A stretch of 59,173 nucleotides of DNA, taken from positions 1 through 59,173 of the forward strand of contig JAYZQJ010000233.1 of the NCBI GenBank assembly GCA_036149055.1, in the 5' to 3' direction. Origin of the DNA: Myxococcota bacterium. Lineage in GTDB: Bacteria > Myxococcota_A > Polyangia > Polyangiales > Sandaracinaceae. A model generated the notes under the pieces. The model was not told where the DNA came from and made no database searches. It saw only the letters and a program-made list of their open reading frames with translations. Numbering within the stretch: the stretch's first letter is position 1; each line of letters begins with the position of its first letter. Made by a program: the position numbers and the translations under genes. This document shows positions 17,935 to 27,150 of the stretch, one piece after another.

Positions 17935-18543
17935 TCAGGCGCTCGAGATCGATCGGGTGAGCGCCGCGAGGACGGAGGGGAAGGCCTCGCGGCGCGCCTC
18001 GAAGCCGTCCGCGCCGTACATGCGGGTGAGCGTGGGGACGGAGATGGAGAAGTACGTGACCGCGCCGAGCAGCTGGTAGACGAGCGCGAAGGCCTCGGCG
18101 TCGGTGGCGTCGCGCCAGGCGGCGGTGCGACGGACCATCGCCACCAGCCGGGACAGGAAGCCCTCGAGGTACCAGCGCTCGGCGCGCTCGGCGCGGCGAC
18201 GGTTGTCGAGCAGCTCGCGCACGAGGAGCCGCGACTCCCGCGTGTGATCCATGGCCTCGTGATGGAGGGTGACGAGGAAGCGCTCGAGCTTCTCCTCGGG
18301 CGCGCCCGGGCCCTCCTCCGCGCCGTCGATCAGCGCCTCGTAGCGGGACGAGACTCGCTGGAGGACCTCCCCGTAGAGCTTCTCCTTGCGACCGAAGTGG
18401 TGCAGCAAGGCTTGCTTGGTGATGTCGAGCTCGCGGGCGATGGCCGCCAGGCTGGCGCCGTGGAAACCCCTCTCCGCGAACGCGTCGAGGGCCACCTCGA
18501 CCAGGTGCGCGCGGGTCGCGAGCGAGCTCTCCTCGGACGGCAT
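17935..18543 (-). CDS. TetR/AcrR family transcriptional regulator
   Basis: FAERGFHGASLAAIARELDITKQALLHHFGRKEKLY HTH; start ATG 18543. Confidence 0.93.
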   Translation of the reverse strand: MPSEESSLATRAHLVEVALDAFAERGFHGASLAAIARELDITKQALLHHFGRKEKLYGEVLQRVSSRYEALIDGAEEGPGAPEEKLERFLVTLHHEAMDHTRESRLLVRELLDNRRRAERAERWYLEGFLSRLVAMVRRTAAWRDATDAEAFALVYQLLGAVTYFSISVPTLTRMYGADGFEARREAFPSVLAALTRSISSA

Positions 18544-18569
18544 CGCCGGAGTATGCCAGCGCCCGGGCC

Positions 18570-18617
18570 TTGACGCCTTACCGATCGGTAAGTATCTCCT
18601 TACCGGTCGGTAAGGAG
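18570..18617. promoter_or_regulatory. Tandem palindromic TetR operators overlapping the Rieske gene promoter
   Basis: Perfect palindrome CTTACCGATCGGTAAG (18577-18592) and near-identical CTTACCGGTCGGTAAG (18599-18614); -35-like TTGACG at 18570-18575. Confidence 0.85.
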
Positions 18618-18636
18618 AGCCGGCGAGGAGGCGAGC

Positions 18637-19770
18637 ATGGACCCGAGAACCGAGCGCGCGTTGATCGAGGAGATCCTGGGGCTCCGCGAGGCGAGGACGT
18701 TCTTCCTCGAGGACGACGTCGCGGCGTCGCCGGTCGAGCGCTACCTCTCGCCCGAGCGCTTCGAGCGGGAGCGCGAGCGGGTGCTGCGCCGCCTCCCGAG
18801 CGTCCTCGCCCACGCGAGCGAGCTGCCGCAGCCGCACAGCTTCGTCCGCCGCGAGCTGGCCGGTCTGCCGGTGCTGCTGACCCGCGACGGCGACGGGGAG
18901 GCGCGCGCGTTCCTCAACGTCTGTCGTCATCGAGGGATGCGCCTCGTCGAGGCGGAGTCGGGCTGCAAGCGTCGGTTCTCGTGTCCGTATCACGCGTGGA
19001 CCTACGACACCGCGGGCGCGCTGGTGGGGGTGACCCATGGGGAGGCCGGGTTTCCGGGCCTCGACCGCGACGCGCTGGGCCTGCGCGCGCTGGCCTGCGT
19101 CGAGCGGCACGGCTGGATCTGGGTCGCGGCGGAGGGTGTCGATGTCGATGCACATCTCGCCGACATCGAGGCCGATCTGGCCTGGCTCGACGGCGGGTCG
19201 CTGACCGTCGCCCACGTCGACGAGGTGACCTACGCGGTCAACTGGAAGATCCTCATCGAGGGCGGCATCGAGAGCTACCACTTCAAGGTCGCGCACGCGA
19301 AGACCATCGGGCCCCATTTCCTCGACACGGGCTCGACCCACCAGCGCCTGGGGTCTCACCTCCGCAACGTGCTCCCCCGGCGGTCGCTGCTGGAGCTGGC
19401 CGCGCACCCGGAGCGCGAGTGGCGGCTACGGGATCACGCGAACCTCGTCTACACGCTGTTCCCGAACACGCAGCTCCTGGTGCAGCAGGACCACCTGATC
19501 TGGTTCCAGAGCGTGCCGCTCGCCCCCGACCGGACCCGCCTCCGGCTCGCCACGCTCGTCCCCGCCGAGCCGGACCCCACCGAGGAGCCGTGGGCCTCGC
19601 GCTGGGCGAAGAATCACGCCATCACCCGGCGCACGCTCGACGAGGACTTCGCCATCGGCGAGGGCATCCAGGCCGGCCTCGCGTCGGGGGCGAACGCCGA
19701 GCTCCGCCTCGGGCGCTACGAGGGCGCGATCGCGCGCTTCAACCGCTGCGTCGAGGACGCGCTGGGCTGA
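18637..19770 (+). CDS. Rieske non-heme iron oxygenase alpha subunit
   Basis: NVCRHRG...CPYHAW Rieske ligands; NWK...ESYH...H; EDF mononuclear Fe ligands. Confidence 0.93.
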   Translation: MDPRTERALIEEILGLREARTFFLEDDVAASPVERYLSPERFERERERVLRRLPSVLAHASELPQPHSFVRRELAGLPVLLTRDGDGEARAFLNVCRHRGMRLVEAESGCKRRFSCPYHAWTYDTAGALVGVTHGEAGFPGLDRDALGLRALACVERHGWIWVAAEGVDVDAHLADIEADLAWLDGGSLTVAHVDEVTYAVNWKILIEGGIESYHFKVAHAKTIGPHFLDTGSTHQRLGSHLRNVLPRRSLLELAAHPEREWRLRDHANLVYTLFPNTQLLVQQDHLIWFQSVPLAPDRTRLRLATLVPAEPDPTEEPWASRWAKNHAITRRTLDEDFAIGEGIQAGLASGANAELRLGRYEGAIARFNRCVEDALG

Positions 19771-19773
19771 CTC

Positions 19774-20175
19774 TCAGAACCTCGGGAGCACGCCGCTGCT
19801 GCGCACGTCGCCGCCGAGCTCCGCGAGGTCGCGGGCGAAGCGGGAGATCATCTCGGCCCGGCCCAGGAGCGACAGGCGCAGCCCGCGGAGCGAGCTCGCG
19901 CGGAACCGGGCCGCGAGGTCGCTGGCCTCGTCGAGCGCGCCCTCGAGGAGGATCCGGATCGCCACGTCCATCGGGCGGTCCGCTCCGGCGGCCTCGCGGA
20001 GGGCCAGCAGCGCCCGCTCGCGCTCGGTCTCGACGCCGGCGCGCCACGCCGCCTCCGCCCCGGGGAGCGCCGCCTCGGCGGCGTGACCCTCGGGGATCGG
20101 CACCTCCATCGGCGACGCGTATCGTCCGATGAGCACGTCGAGCTCGCTCTGCGAGTGGACCAGCCTGAGCGCCAT
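19774..20175 (-). CDS. Hypothetical helical protein, paralog A of an outward-facing pair
   Basis: From ATG 20175 (MALRLVHSQ). Clear similarity to 22242..22640 (EAALPGA, W, ALDxASxL, RAEMxSRF). Confidence 0.8.
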   Translation of the reverse strand: MALRLVHSQSELDVLIGRYASPMEVPIPEGHAAEAALPGAEAAWRAGVETERERALLALREAAGADRPMDVAIRILLEGALDEASDLAARFRASSLRGLRLSLLGRAEMISRFARDLAELGGDVRSSGVLPRF

Positions 20176-20212
20176 GCGGTCGGTCAACGGCCGGCCGAGT
20201 CGGGGTTTGAGG
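20176..20212 (-). promoter_or_regulatory. Putative alternative-sigma (sigma28-like) promoter of paralog A
   Basis: Minus strand CCTCAA-N15-GCCGTT-N10-ATG; same layout upstream of paralog B. Confidence 0.55.
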
Positions 20213-20395
20213 CCCTCGCGTCCCAATTCAGGGGATGGCCGGCCAGCCCTCTGCCCCACCGCATCGCGGGCCCCCACTCGCGGGAAACGAGGAAGGTAGG
20301 AAGCGAGGGGGGAGCAGATGGGGGCACGCCACGGCGGCTCTGGCCGGCACGCCGCTTCTCGCCACACCGGTCGGCGGCGCCGAATTCGGGGGGCT

Positions 20396-20719
20396 CTACC
20401 AGCGCCCGCGGCCCTCGAAGTCCTCGGCGAGGACCTCGCGGTCCTTCTCGGCCAGGGTGCGGAGCGCCCGAGACTGGTCGTGCATGAGCCGCATCACCGT
20501 CGCTCCGTTCGGGCGGTACAGCGCGAGCAGCTTTCCGCAGCCTGCGCACCGGTGTCGCGCGACCCGCGGCGACTGACCCGGGAGGCACCGGAAGAGGCGG
20601 TGCGGCAGGAATCTCAACCCGGGCTCGAGGGCCGACGGGAGCGCCCGTCCACAGTGCGGACAAGCGTCCGACGGCGCCGGGCCCTCCCGGGGGTCCACGA
20701 TCCTGCGGCGGTCGGTCAC
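20396..20719 (-). CDS. Small putative zinc-ribbon protein
   Basis: Two CxxC pairs (CPHC, CAGC) in 107 aa. Confidence 0.55.
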   Translation of the reverse strand: MTDRRRIVDPREGPAPSDACPHCGRALPSALEPGLRFLPHRLFRCLPGQSPRVARHRCAGCGKLLALYRPNGATVMRLMHDQSRALRTLAEKDREVLAEDFEGRGRW

Positions 20720-20747
20720 TCGACCGAGGGTACCTCGGGTCGAGGCC

Positions 20748-21098
20748 TCACGTAGAGCGTGCCTCGACCGTGAGACAGATCAGCCCGGGCAGCGAGGTGC
20801 GCTCGGACGTGAGGGCGAAGTCCCACCGGCCCTCGGTCTCGACGGGCGGACCGGGGGTCGACCAGCGCCCGACGACCGAGGCGAAGCGCGCGGGCAGGTC
20901 GAACCACGCGCCACGCGCCGTCGTCTCCGCCCAGGGGACCGTGAGCAGGAACCCCACCTCACCGGGCTGCCCCGGTCGCGGCGTCAGGCTGGCGGCTCGC
21001 AGGTCCAGCCCGCACGCGCGGCCGAGGCGATCGAGGATCCGGCGCGCGGCGCTCTCGGAGCGCGTGTGGAGGTAGCCGGAGATGAGGACCTCGGGCAT
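20748..21098 (-). CDS. Small hypothetical protein
   Basis: C-terminal part of track ORF 20748..22106 from ATG 21098 (MPEVLISGYLHT); alpha/beta-like composition. Confidence 0.55.
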   Translation of the reverse strand: MPEVLISGYLHTRSESAARRILDRLGRACGLDLRAASLTPRPGQPGEVGFLLTVPWAETTARGAWFDLPARFASVVGRWSTPGPPVETEGRWDFALTSERTSLPGLICLTVEARST

Positions 21099-21112
21099 CG
21101 CGGCCGAGCATG

Positions 21113-22159
21113 TCACGGAGGGAAGGTCTGCAGCGAGCCGTCGGCGAGGGCGCGCTGGAGGGCGGCGACGCGGGCGAGCAGGGCGTCGAGCTCGGAGGCG
21201 CGGAGGCCGATCTGTACGAGGTCGTCGGCGCGGCGGACGCGGGCCTCCGGATCGCCGAGGGGAGGGTGACCGTCGAGCCGGACGAGGCCGGTGGGGGTGC
21301 GCTGCCAGGTGTCGACGACCGCGAGGGCGCGCAGCTCGGCCGGGCGGAGGGCGCGCAGCCGGGCGGCGGTGTCGGCGGGCAGGGCGGGGACGATCATGCG
21401 GGAGAGATCCTGGCGCGCGTCCATCTCGGCGTTGCGGTGCACCCCGAAGGCGACGGAGTTGTCGACGAGGAAGAAGTGCAGCGGGTCGCGGTAGAGCACG
21501 AACTGCGCGGTGTGAGCGTCGCCGTGGTCGATCAGGTGCGCGACGAGGTTCAGGTGGGCGACGGCGCGCCGGTAAGCCGGGTCGGAGGCGAAGCGGGTCG
21601 GCTGGAAGAGCTGCGGGTCCCCGCTCCACACGCCGCCGTCGGGCATCGGCAGCAGGCCGGCCCGTCGCGCGTCGCGCAGGGTGGTGGAGCCGGTCAGCCA
21701 GTAGGACAGCACGCCGAGCTCGCACTCCCCCGGCGGCTCGCCCGGGAGCTCGAGGCAGCGGGTCACCGCCGGCGGGACGACGTGGTCCTCGGGAGGCAGC
21801 ACGATGGCTTGCAGCGCGTGAGCCAGCCGCTCGCTCGCCGGGTCGTTGGTGGGGGTCGTGGCCGAGAGCGGGCGCCACTTCGCTTCGACGATGTCGCGCC
21901 CCGGCCCGACCAGCGTGACGACGTGCGCGCCCTGCGCGCCTCCCGGGGTGGGGCGTGAGCGCAGGAGCCCGACCGGGGCGTCGCCGAGTAGGGCCTCGAC
22001 GTCGCGCGCGCTCCGGCAGCGGGCCGGCGAGAGGGCGGCGCCGTCGACGCACAGCCGGGTGGGCTCGGTCGACGTGGCCTTGGGCGGACCCGCCGCCTGG
22101 GTGCACGCGAGCGTGAACAGCCCGGTGATCGCCGCCACCGCGTTGCGCCTTCCGAACAT
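21113..22159 (-). CDS. Lipoprotein with PI3/PI4-kinase-like (atypical kinase) domain
   Basis: Signal MFGRRNAVAAITGLFTLA-C. Kinase-like motifs GGAQG, AKWRP, SERLAHAL, VVPPAVTR, GVLSYW, LIDHGDAHTAQF, LVDNSVAF. Confidence 0.65.
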   Translation of the reverse strand: MFGRRNAVAAITGLFTLACTQAAGPPKATSTEPTRLCVDGAALSPARCRSARDVEALLGDAPVGLLRSRPTPGGAQGAHVVTLVGPGRDIVEAKWRPLSATTPTNDPASERLAHALQAIVLPPEDHVVPPAVTRCLELPGEPPGECELGVLSYWLTGSTTLRDARRAGLLPMPDGGVWSGDPQLFQPTRFASDPAYRRAVAHLNLVAHLIDHGDAHTAQFVLYRDPLHFFLVDNSVAFGVHRNAEMDARQDLSRMIVPALPADTAARLRALRPAELRALAVVDTWQRTPTGLVRLDGHPPLGDPEARVRRADDLVQIGLRASELDALLARVAALQRALADGSLQTFPP

Positions 22160-22204
22160 CCCCCGATCAGCTAGGCACCGCGGGCGCGCCCACCCGCCCG
22201 GGAC

Positions 22205-22241
22205 CCTCAAGAGGGCCCTCGAACGGCCGTTCGAGCCGGAC
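22205..22241 (+). promoter_or_regulatory. Putative alternative-sigma (sigma28-like) promoter of paralog B, with an 18-bp perfect palindrome
   Basis: CCTCAA-N15-GCCGTT-N10-ATG; palindrome CTCGAACGGCCGTTCGAG at 22218-22235. Confidence 0.55.
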
Positions 22242-22640
22242 ATGGCGCTCTCCACTCCCGACGCGATCGATCTGAAGCTCATCGAGCTGGCGCAGCGCTA
22301 CGACGAGCCGATCGAGGTGCCGGTGCCGGAGACCTATGCGCAGGAGGCCGCGTTACCGGGCGCGATCGACGCGTGGCGCGAGGGGATCGAGGCCGAGCGG
22401 CGGCGCGCGCTCGAGGTGCTGTGGGCCCCGCGCGAGAAGGTGGGCAGCGCCGAGACGGTCGACCTCGTCATGCTGCGCGCGGCCCTCGAGGCGGCGCTGG
22501 ACGACGCGAGCGAGCTCACCGCGCGCTTCCATCGGAGCGCGGCGCTCGGCCGTCGGCTCGAGCTGCTCGCGCGGGCGGAGATGGCGTCTCGCTTCGCCGC
22601 GCACCTCGGCGCGATCGCCATCGAAGCCCGGCCGGGGTGA
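22242..22640 (+). CDS. Hypothetical helical protein, paralog B of an outward-facing pair
   Basis: From ATG 22242 (MALSTPDAIDL); aligns end to end with 19774..20175. Confidence 0.8.
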   Translation: MALSTPDAIDLKLIELAQRYDEPIEVPVPETYAQEAALPGAIDAWREGIEAERRRALEVLWAPREKVGSAETVDLVMLRAALEAALDDASELTARFHRSAALGRRLELLARAEMASRFAAHLGAIAIEARPG

Positions 22641-23232
22641 GCGCGACCGCCAGCGGCCCGAGGAGCTGCACGAAGCGCCACGCCGTCGCCGCGGCCGGGT
22701 ACTGCTTCTCGACGTGAAAGCAGAGGAAGTGGTGCGAGCCGAGCTGCTCGCTGGCCCACGCCAGCGCCGGGGCGGGGAGGGCCGCGAGCCAGATCAGCGG
22801 CGCGGGTCTTCCGGGCGCGAGGAGCGCGAAGGCCGCCAGCGCCGACGTCGCCGCCACCGGAGCCGCCCGCGTGAACGGGTTGGGCTGCCAGCAGGCGTGC
22901 AGCTCGGGGGCGAGGGCGAAGAGCGGGATCAGCGTGGCGCCGGCCGCCAGGGCCCAGACGCCGAGCATGGCGCCGAGCGGCGCGGTGAGCTCGCGCGCGG
23001 GGCGCCGCCAGGAGAGCACGAGCGCGACGAGGATCCCGAGCCAGGCGCCGACGAACCCGCCGCGTTCGGCGAGCTCCACGCAGAGCGCGGCGATCCCGGG
23101 CCGCGCGATGGCCTCGGCGCCGCGCTCGCTGCCCCAGGCGAACACGTTCGCGCCGTGCCGCGAGGCCTCGGCCAGCCACAGGATGTCGACGGCGACGCAG
23201 AGGGCGAGGAGCGCGCGCTGAAGGCGGTTCAT
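22516..23232 (-). CDS. Hypothetical multi-pass membrane protein
   Basis: From ATG 23232 (MNRLQRALLALC); several TM segments. 3' end overlaps the convergent paralog B by about 125 nt. Confidence 0.55.
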   Translation of the reverse strand: MNRLQRALLALCVAVDILWLAEASRHGANVFAWGSERGAEAIARPGIAALCVELAERGGFVGAWLGILVALVLSWRRPARELTAPLGAMLGVWALAAGATLIPLFALAPELHACWQPNPFTRAAPVAATSALAAFALLAPGRPAPLIWLAALPAPALAWASEQLGSHHFLCFHVEKQYPAAATAWRFVQLLGPLAVALTPAGLRWRSRRGARRSETPSPPARAARADGRAPRSDGSAR

Positions 23233-23355
23233 GCGCGGGGCGGAGAGCAAAGGGCGCGCCGCCCGGGAGAGCGGGCTTCGACCACCGCCGTTCATGGCTC
23301 CGCGACAGGCTGTCGGAGAAGGAACTTCTCTGTCGCCATCGTGTCTCGTGGCACC

Positions 23356-24576
23356 ATGCGAGGCGTGAATCGGGGATGGGTGGCGACCGTCGCGGGGCTC
23401 GCGTGCGTGGCGGCCGCCGCGCTCGCGTTCGACGTGACGCGGCTCGATCGGCACCCGGAGCTCTGGGCCGGCTCGGCCGCGGTGATCGGGCTCTCGCTCG
23501 GGCTCGGCGCGCTCGTGGCGCGCGTGGTGGCCAGCCGGCGCGTGGGCCCGCTCGAGCGCGCCGCGGTGCTCTTCGCGATGGCGCTGCTCGTGCTGGCGGG
23601 GCACGCCGCCACCGAGCTGGCGTCCGACGCGTTCCGGGGCGACGCCGGGCGCGTCACCGCCTTCGCGCGCCACACCGGGTGCTTCGCGCCGACGCCGGCC
23701 TTCGGAGGGCGCAACTCGGCCACCCTCGCGGCCGCGCTGCTCGGGCTCCTCGCGGGGCTCGGCGCGGTGCCGTCCCGGAGCGCGTGGCGATCGCTCGGGC
23801 TGCTCGTCCTCGCCGGCGTGGCCGCCTGCGTCGGCGTGGCGTTGGCCGCGGCCCTGGCCGTGCTGCCCGGCGTCGGAGGGGGCGTCGAGGCGGGCGTCGA
23901 GGGGGCGGCGGCGATGGCGGCGCTCGTGATCTTCGTCTGGTCCGACCCGCGCTCCGAGAGGGGCTGGAGCGCCCGGCTCTTCGCCGCCGCCGGGTTCGGC
24001 GCCGCCCTGGTCGGCGGGCATCTCTGGCGGGTGTCCTCGATCCACCTCACGAGCGGCATGGGACCCGTCCCCGAGAGCCCGGTGCCGGTCCTCGTCGGCC
24101 GCTTCGAGGCGGTGGAGGCGACGCTGCCGGCGGCCGCGCTCGCCGCGATCCTGGTCCTCGCGCTCCTGCTCCGCGGGGCGAAGCCGGTCCGGCTCTCGAG
24201 CGCGCACCCCTGGCTGGCGGCGGCGGCGACCGCGCTCGGGCTGGCGCTCGTCGCGCAGCCGCTGGCCGAGCGGAGGCTCTTCGCGCGCGCGATGTCCGAC
24301 CTCGCGGCCGACGACCCGTACGCCGGTGTGCCGAGCCTCGGCGGGTCCAGCCCGGGTCGACTCCCGCTCGCCGCGCTCCCCGCCGTGGAGGCCGAGCGCA
24401 CGCTCCGCCTCGACGCCGAGGGGCGGGTCGTCGCGAGCCAGGGGGAGGGGCACCTCGTGGAGGTGGTCGCGCCGCCCCACGTGGACGCCCGGGCCCTCGC
24501 GCGAGCCATCGCGAAGGTCCGCCGCCCCGAGGACCGTTTCGTCCTCGCCACGGGGGCCGAACCGGACGCCCCCTGA
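23356..24576 (+). CDS. Hypothetical multi-pass membrane protein
   Basis: MRGVNRGWVATVAGL...; many TM segments, then a small soluble C-terminal domain. Start 23356 or GTG 23365. Confidence 0.65.
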   Translation: MRGVNRGWVATVAGLACVAAAALAFDVTRLDRHPELWAGSAAVIGLSLGLGALVARVVASRRVGPLERAAVLFAMALLVLAGHAATELASDAFRGDAGRVTAFARHTGCFAPTPAFGGRNSATLAAALLGLLAGLGAVPSRSAWRSLGLLVLAGVAACVGVALAAALAVLPGVGGGVEAGVEGAAAMAALVIFVWSDPRSERGWSARLFAAAGFGAALVGGHLWRVSSIHLTSGMGPVPESPVPVLVGRFEAVEATLPAAALAAILVLALLLRGAKPVRLSSAHPWLAAAATALGLALVAQPLAERRLFARAMSDLAADDPYAGVPSLGGSSPGRLPLAALPAVEAERTLRLDAEGRVVASQGEGHLVEVVAPPHVDARALARAIAKVRRPEDRFVLATGAEPDAP

Positions 24577-24619
24577 CGGGAGGCGCCGCGGGGCCTACCC
24601 TCCGGGTATGGAGGGCTCC

Positions 24620-25153
24620 ATGAGCAAGCACCTGCGCATCCACGTCTCTTGCCCCGACGACCGAGGGCTGCTGGCGGCCATCGCGTCGCGCGTCTTCGAC
24701 CTCGGCGGCGACCTCGGCGACGCGTCCTTCGCGCTCCTCGGAGAGCAAGCGGAGATGACCTGCGTGGCGGGGTTCCCGGACAACGTGACCGAGGAGCAGG
24801 TGCGCGACGCGCTGTGCGGGCTGCACGCGGTGAAGCAGGGCGACGTGACGGTGAAGCCGTTCCGGCTGGGGAGGGCCCACGTCTCCAACGGGACCGCGAC
24901 CCACGTGGTGCGGGTGCACGGGGTCGACCGGCCGGGGCTGATGGCGCGGCTCGCGGAGTGCTTCGGCGAGATGGACGCCAACGTGGTGCGCATGGACGCC
25001 GAGCACGCCGAGCGCGAGCTGGGGACCGACTACAAGATGCGCTTCGAGGTGCACATCCCGCCCGAGCGCGTCGAGGCCTGCCTCGCGAACGTCTCCAACA
25101 CCGCGGCGGCGATGGGGCTGCACTGTCACGCCGAGGAGGCCGACGTCGATTGA
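24620..25153 (+). CDS. Tandem ACT-domain protein (GcvR-like)
   Basis: VSCPDDRGLLAAIA and VHGVDRPGLMARLA ACT motifs; GGAGG SD before ATG 24620 (alternative 24608). Confidence 0.85.
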   Translation: MSKHLRIHVSCPDDRGLLAAIASRVFDLGGDLGDASFALLGEQAEMTCVAGFPDNVTEEQVRDALCGLHAVKQGDVTVKPFRLGRAHVSNGTATHVVRVHGVDRPGLMARLAECFGEMDANVVRMDAEHAERELGTDYKMRFEVHIPPERVEACLANVSNTAAAMGLHCHAEEADVD

Positions 25154-25182
25154 CGGCGCGGCGCGCGTGATAGAGTCCCGCC

Positions 25183-27150
25183 GTGCAACCGCTCCAGGGC
25201 TGGTTCGGCGGCGCCTTCGCCTCTCTCTTCTTCCTCTCCAGCGGTCTGCTCGGCTGCGGCGGCGGCGGCGATGCGGCCGACCTCGTCATCACGTCGGCGG
25301 CGCCGAGCGACGCGCCGGCGTGCGAGCGCAGCATCGTCAGCCTGGAGAACTTCTGCGCCGAGATCCGCCTGTTCGAGGTGCGCCCCTCCGGCGAGCGCGT
25401 CCCCTATCGCATCTACGATCCGGACGCGGACGGGGTGGACTACGACGCGCCGGGGCAGATCGCGCTCCGCTTCGACAGCAACCGCCCGAACGGGCGCCGC
25501 CTCCGCTTCGACGCCGACCTCGATCCGTCGAGCCGCTACGACCTCGAGGTCGAGGTCTACGACGGCGCCGGGGAGGGCTTCGCGGGCGCGGTGGTCGAGG
25601 ACATCCCGACCGACGGCAGCGACGTGGTGGTGCGCCTCTACCCGCACCAGCGCTGGGCCTGCGCGACCGCGCCCCAGTCCCTGCGCGTCCCGCAGCCGCG
25701 CGCGCTGCACCACGCCGTCGCGCTCGACGACGGAGACGTGCTGATCTTCGGCGGCGTGACCGCCTCCGACCCGGACGGCGGCGGGGTGCACGTGCAGTCC
25801 ATCCTGCGCAGCCCGGCCGCCATCCTCGCCACCGAGGTCGAGGTCTACGACGTGGATCGCCACGTCATCGAGGAGGTCGACGTCAGCCACGAGCTCGACG
25901 GCGAGATCCCGGGCGGCGTGGGCCGCGTGCTCTCGGGCGCGGTCTACCTCGGGGCGGCGGACGCGTCGGTGGGCGGCGAGACCCACCGCGTGCACCGCAT
26001 CCGCGTCTTCGACGGCGTCACCATGCGGCCCGACCAGGCGGCCAGCCCGGTGCTCGGCCTCGATCCCTCCGGCACCGAGCTGGAGTTCGAGGACGGCTAC
26101 CCCTTCGTGCCGCTCCCGATGCGCGCTCAGCTCGCCGATCCGATCGATCTGCTCTTCGACGCCGACGCGCGCACGATGACGATCGAGCCGGCCGACGTCG
26201 GCGAAGGCCTCCAGCGCGGCGCGGCGGTCACCGTCTCGGACGCGATCGAGGGCCGGCGCATCGGCGCGCCCGGGTTCGTCAAGCCGCCCGGCGCCTTCGA
26301 GCCGGGCTCGGTGTTCTACGCCGTCGGCCCGGACGGCGCGGTCGGCGAGAGCGGCGCGTTCGACGGCTCGCGCCTCGGCGCCACGGTGACCGCGCTCGGA
26401 CCCGGCGGTGGCTTCGTGGTGTGGGGCGGGCTCGCCGCGACCGGCGCGCCGGGCGGCACCGTCGACCCGACGTCGCTCGCCTTCACCCCGCTCGGCGGCG
26501 CCGGCACCGACGCCCGGGCGATGCACACCGCGACCCGGCTCGACTCCACCTCGCTCCTCGTCGCGGGCGGCCTGCCGGTGATGGGCGGCCGGATCCTCGG
26601 CAACGAGGGGGCGGGCGCCCTCACGGCGCCCCTGGCCATCCTCGAGCTGGGGGCGCCCGGGGAGGTGATCGCGCGGCCCTACGCGTCGGCCGAGTACCAG
26701 GCGACGGCGTTCCACACCGCCACCCTGGACGAGCCGCTCGGCGTCATCCTCGTCGGCGGCGCGACGACGGTCAGCGGCAACCGCTTCACCCCCGTCGACG
26801 CGGTCTGGGCGGTGCGCGGCGCGGAGGTCACGGCGCTGGCGAGCCTCGCCGTCGCGCGCTGGGGGCACACCGCGACCCCGCTCCCCGGCCGCCGGCTGCT
26901 GGTGTGGGGAGGCTTCGCGCCGACCTCCGAGCGCCTGGTCGTCCGGCCGATCTCGGAGCCCGAGGTCCTCTTCCTCGAGGCGCCCCCCGCGCCGCTCGCC
27001 TCGGGGGCCTGCGACGACCACGTCTCGGACGCGCCCGACGCGGCGGCGATCGACCCCGACGCCGGCCGCCCTCCGCCGGTGGGGCCGCCTCCGCCGCCCG
27101 ACGCCGGCCCGCCTCCGATGGACGCCGGACCGTCCCCCGACGGCGGCTGA
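25183..27150 (+). CDS. Kelch-repeat (beta-propeller) lipoprotein
   Basis: Lipobox LLG-C; Kelch units RALHHAVALDDGDVLIFGG, RAMHTATRL...LVAGG, FHTATL...LVGG, RWGHTATPL...VWGG; Pro/DAG-rich tail. Confidence 0.8.
   Translation: MQPLQGWFGGAFASLFFLSSGLLGCGGGGDAADLVITSAAPSDAPACERSIVSLENFCAEIRLFEVRPSGERVPYRIYDPDADGVDYDAPGQIALRFDSNRPNGRRLRFDADLDPSSRYDLEVEVYDGAGEGFAGAVVEDIPTDGSDVVVRLYPHQRWACATAPQSLRVPQPRALHHAVALDDGDVLIFGGVTASDPDGGGVHVQSILRSPAAILATEVEVYDVDRHVIEEVDVSHELDGEIPGGVGRVLSGAVYLGAADASVGGETHRVHRIRVFDGVTMRPDQAASPVLGLDPSGTELEFEDGYPFVPLPMRAQLADPIDLLFDADARTMTIEPADVGEGLQRGAAVTVSDAIEGRRIGAPGFVKPPGAFEPGSVFYAVGPDGAVGESGAFDGSRLGATVTALGPGGGFVVWGGLAATGAPGGTVDPTSLAFTPLGGAGTDARAMHTATRLDSTSLLVAGGLPVMGGRILGNEGAGALTAPLAILELGAPGEVIARPYASAEYQATAFHTATLDEPLGVILVGGATTVSGNRFTPVDAVWAVRGAEVTALASLAVARWGHTATPLPGRRLLVWGGFAPTSERLVVRPISEPEVLFLEAPPAPLASGACDDHVSDAPDAAAIDPDAGRPPPVGPPPPPDAGPPPMDAGPSPDGG

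Noticed and set aside
20340..20362. Sigma54-like GGCACG element
   Set aside because: Lacks the -12 GC and points toward no plus-strand gene.
20716..20790. Frameshift at the end of 20748..21098 (an alternate frame ends in a GTGA overlap with the next gene)
   Set aside because: The main frame ends cleanly 28 nt from the next start; no slippery site or homology evidence.
14886..24600. Integrative element or prophage inserted at tRNA-Val
   Set aside because: No integrase, phage or conjugation gene, and I found no duplicated tRNA 3' end.
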